Position numbers and translations under genes: made by a program
The notes under the pieces: generated by a model
What the model saw: only the letters and a program-made list of their open reading frames with translations
Database searches by the model: none
Told to the model about the DNA's origin: nothing
Assembly: GCA_000708835.1 (NCBI GenBank)
Contig: DF237380.1
Location: 1 to 64,000 of the forward strand
Direction of reading: 5' to 3'
Origin: Klebsormidium nitens
Lineage: Eukaryota > Plantae > Klebsormidiophyceae
Length of the DNA stretch: 64,000 bases
In this document: one piece after another, positions 62,431 to 64,000 of the stretch
Layout: each line of letters opens with the position of its first letter
Numbering within the stretch: position 1 is the first letter of the stretch

Positions 62431-64000
62431 CTAGAAGCAGACCAGCGACCCCGTCTCCTGGCTGCACCGCGCGCTGACCGTCACGCTGGCGTCATCAGCA
62501 GCGGAAAGCTCCGCTGACGTCAGCATCTTGCGCGAGGCCTTGGCGCCGTCCTCGATCATGTTGACGTTGCGCAAAGTGACGCCAGCGGCAAGATTGAACT
62601 GGTTGAAGTCGCTGTCGGCTGACGTCAGCGAGGACACGCGGTAGTAGTCGGTTTTGCCCTCCACCAGGAAGTCGTGACCCGTCGCGTTGGCCGTGACGGC
62701 ATTCCGGCGCTCGACAGCATCCGGGCGGAACATCTGGCCCTGCAGCGGAACGGGGCGAGGTGCCAGGGTCAGCGGAACGGAGGGACGGAATGATGACTGG
62801 GTCCGAGAAGATCACAATCCGGGCCCAAAAGGGAGACGTGGGACGGCAGAGGTTCAGACATGATCCAAACCGCTACTTGCCCAGATCGTGTGGGGTGAGA
62901 CCAGGGACAAGTGCCGCACGATTCAGATCTGAAAAGCGACGTGATGCATACAGGGCGGTGATCATCAAAGCTGCTAGGCTCGTTCGCCAACGTCGATCCA
63001 CGTACTCGCAAAACTGCTTGCTCGCCTTTGTCAGTTCGGCAGATTTGGGACGCTTGTTCGACACATCAAACAAGTTATGCGGCGGTGTAACCAGATCAAT
63101 TGAAACCGAAGCTGAGATAAACATCTCGGGAAAAACTCAGCGCCGACAACAAGGCAACGCACATGGTCCTTTGAGACTCCCTGGTTCTGCTACCTGTAAT
63201 ACGCGTCGCTCGAATGTCAGGCGCGGAGAGACTGCCACGTGGCTTACCAGGACACCGTGAGCGTGGCGGGAGAGGGTGATGCTCTCCATGTTCATGTCGA
63301 GGTACTTGCCGAGGGGGTCCAACTAGAGAAGGACAGGAAAAGAGAGAACGTCAGAACGGGGCAGATATTAGGTCTTTGAACAGCTGTCGTCCAATGAAGA
63401 TCTGTCACCGAGCTGTGGGGAAATGTGCGAAGAGAAGGTGGCTGAGGCGAACAGAAACGTGAGAGCGACTTTGGGATCGCAGTCAATCAAAGGACAGTAC
63501 TTTATCGAACGTGAGAAAGACTTATAAAGTACGAATAGTGAGGTGGGCATTAGGATGCTTCCGAAAGAAATCAATCCATTCATTGAATCTCCGACAGGTC
63601 GAACAAGCCAGGCAGCCTGTTGGTCACCAGAGTCCACCAAGCCGACGCAGAAAAGGGACAACAATCCGATTTGGTGCAAGCAAGATAATACAGTTTCTGT
63701 GGTACGTTCTGCGAAGTTCTACACAAGACGTAAACAGGCAGCGGCGCACCTGGATGCGGCTCTCGACGCGGGGGTTGAACGTGGCTTCGAAGAGGCCGTC
63801 GATCTTGATGCGGGCTTGCGCGCGCATGTGGGGCTCGCGCGTGATGGTCGCCCGGCCATCGGGGGACGCCCAAGTGTACTCGGCGGTGCCCTGCACGATT
63901 AAGAAGTGGAGTTATAACTAGGAGCCGATAAGAGAAGTGAAGGAACATCAACAGGTATTCTATTTGGTACGTTTTTACCTTGATGAGTTTTCGCTGGCTT
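62431..64000 (-). CDS. Secreted root-cap/LEA-related family protein, paralog 3 (last three exons; 5' part outside window)
   Basis: Exons ~63892-63749 (GTAEYTWASPDG...RIQ), ~63323-63247 (LDPLGKYLDMNM...HGVL) and ~62741-62431 (GQMFRPD...GSLVCF*), homologous to paralogs 1 and 2. Confidence 0.8.

Overview
Eukaryotic nuclear DNA with intron-rich genes (GT-AG introns, GC-rich exons). The gene set (GatA with a transit-peptide-like N-terminus, a WS/DGAT, root-cap/LEA-related secreted proteins) points to the green plant lineage, probably a streptophyte alga such as Klebsormidium; this is inference, not a database result. All gene models were spliced by hand, and most ORFs in the supplied track are shadow or intron-readthrough frames. 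Left to right: (1) a minus-strand multi-exon gene running off the left edge, with a 2A-like NPGP motif, an acidic linker and a PrimPol-type AEP primase domain; (2) a divergently transcribed gene fusing a PD-(D/E)XK-like nuclease domain to an atypical kinase; (3) a rhomboid-like pseudoprotease with a long N-terminal tail; (4) a wax ester synthase/DGAT; (5) GatA, whose last intron holds a decayed group II intron RT fragment next to telomere-like repeats; (6) three tandem root-cap/LEA-related paralogs; (7) between paralogs 2 and 3, an intron-containing Crypton-type tyrosine recombinase gene with a GCR1_C-like tail, next to a degenerate tRNA-Val-like sequence. A recurring feature that none of these calls explains: many introns hold decayed copies ('echoes') of the neighbouring exon-intron junction.
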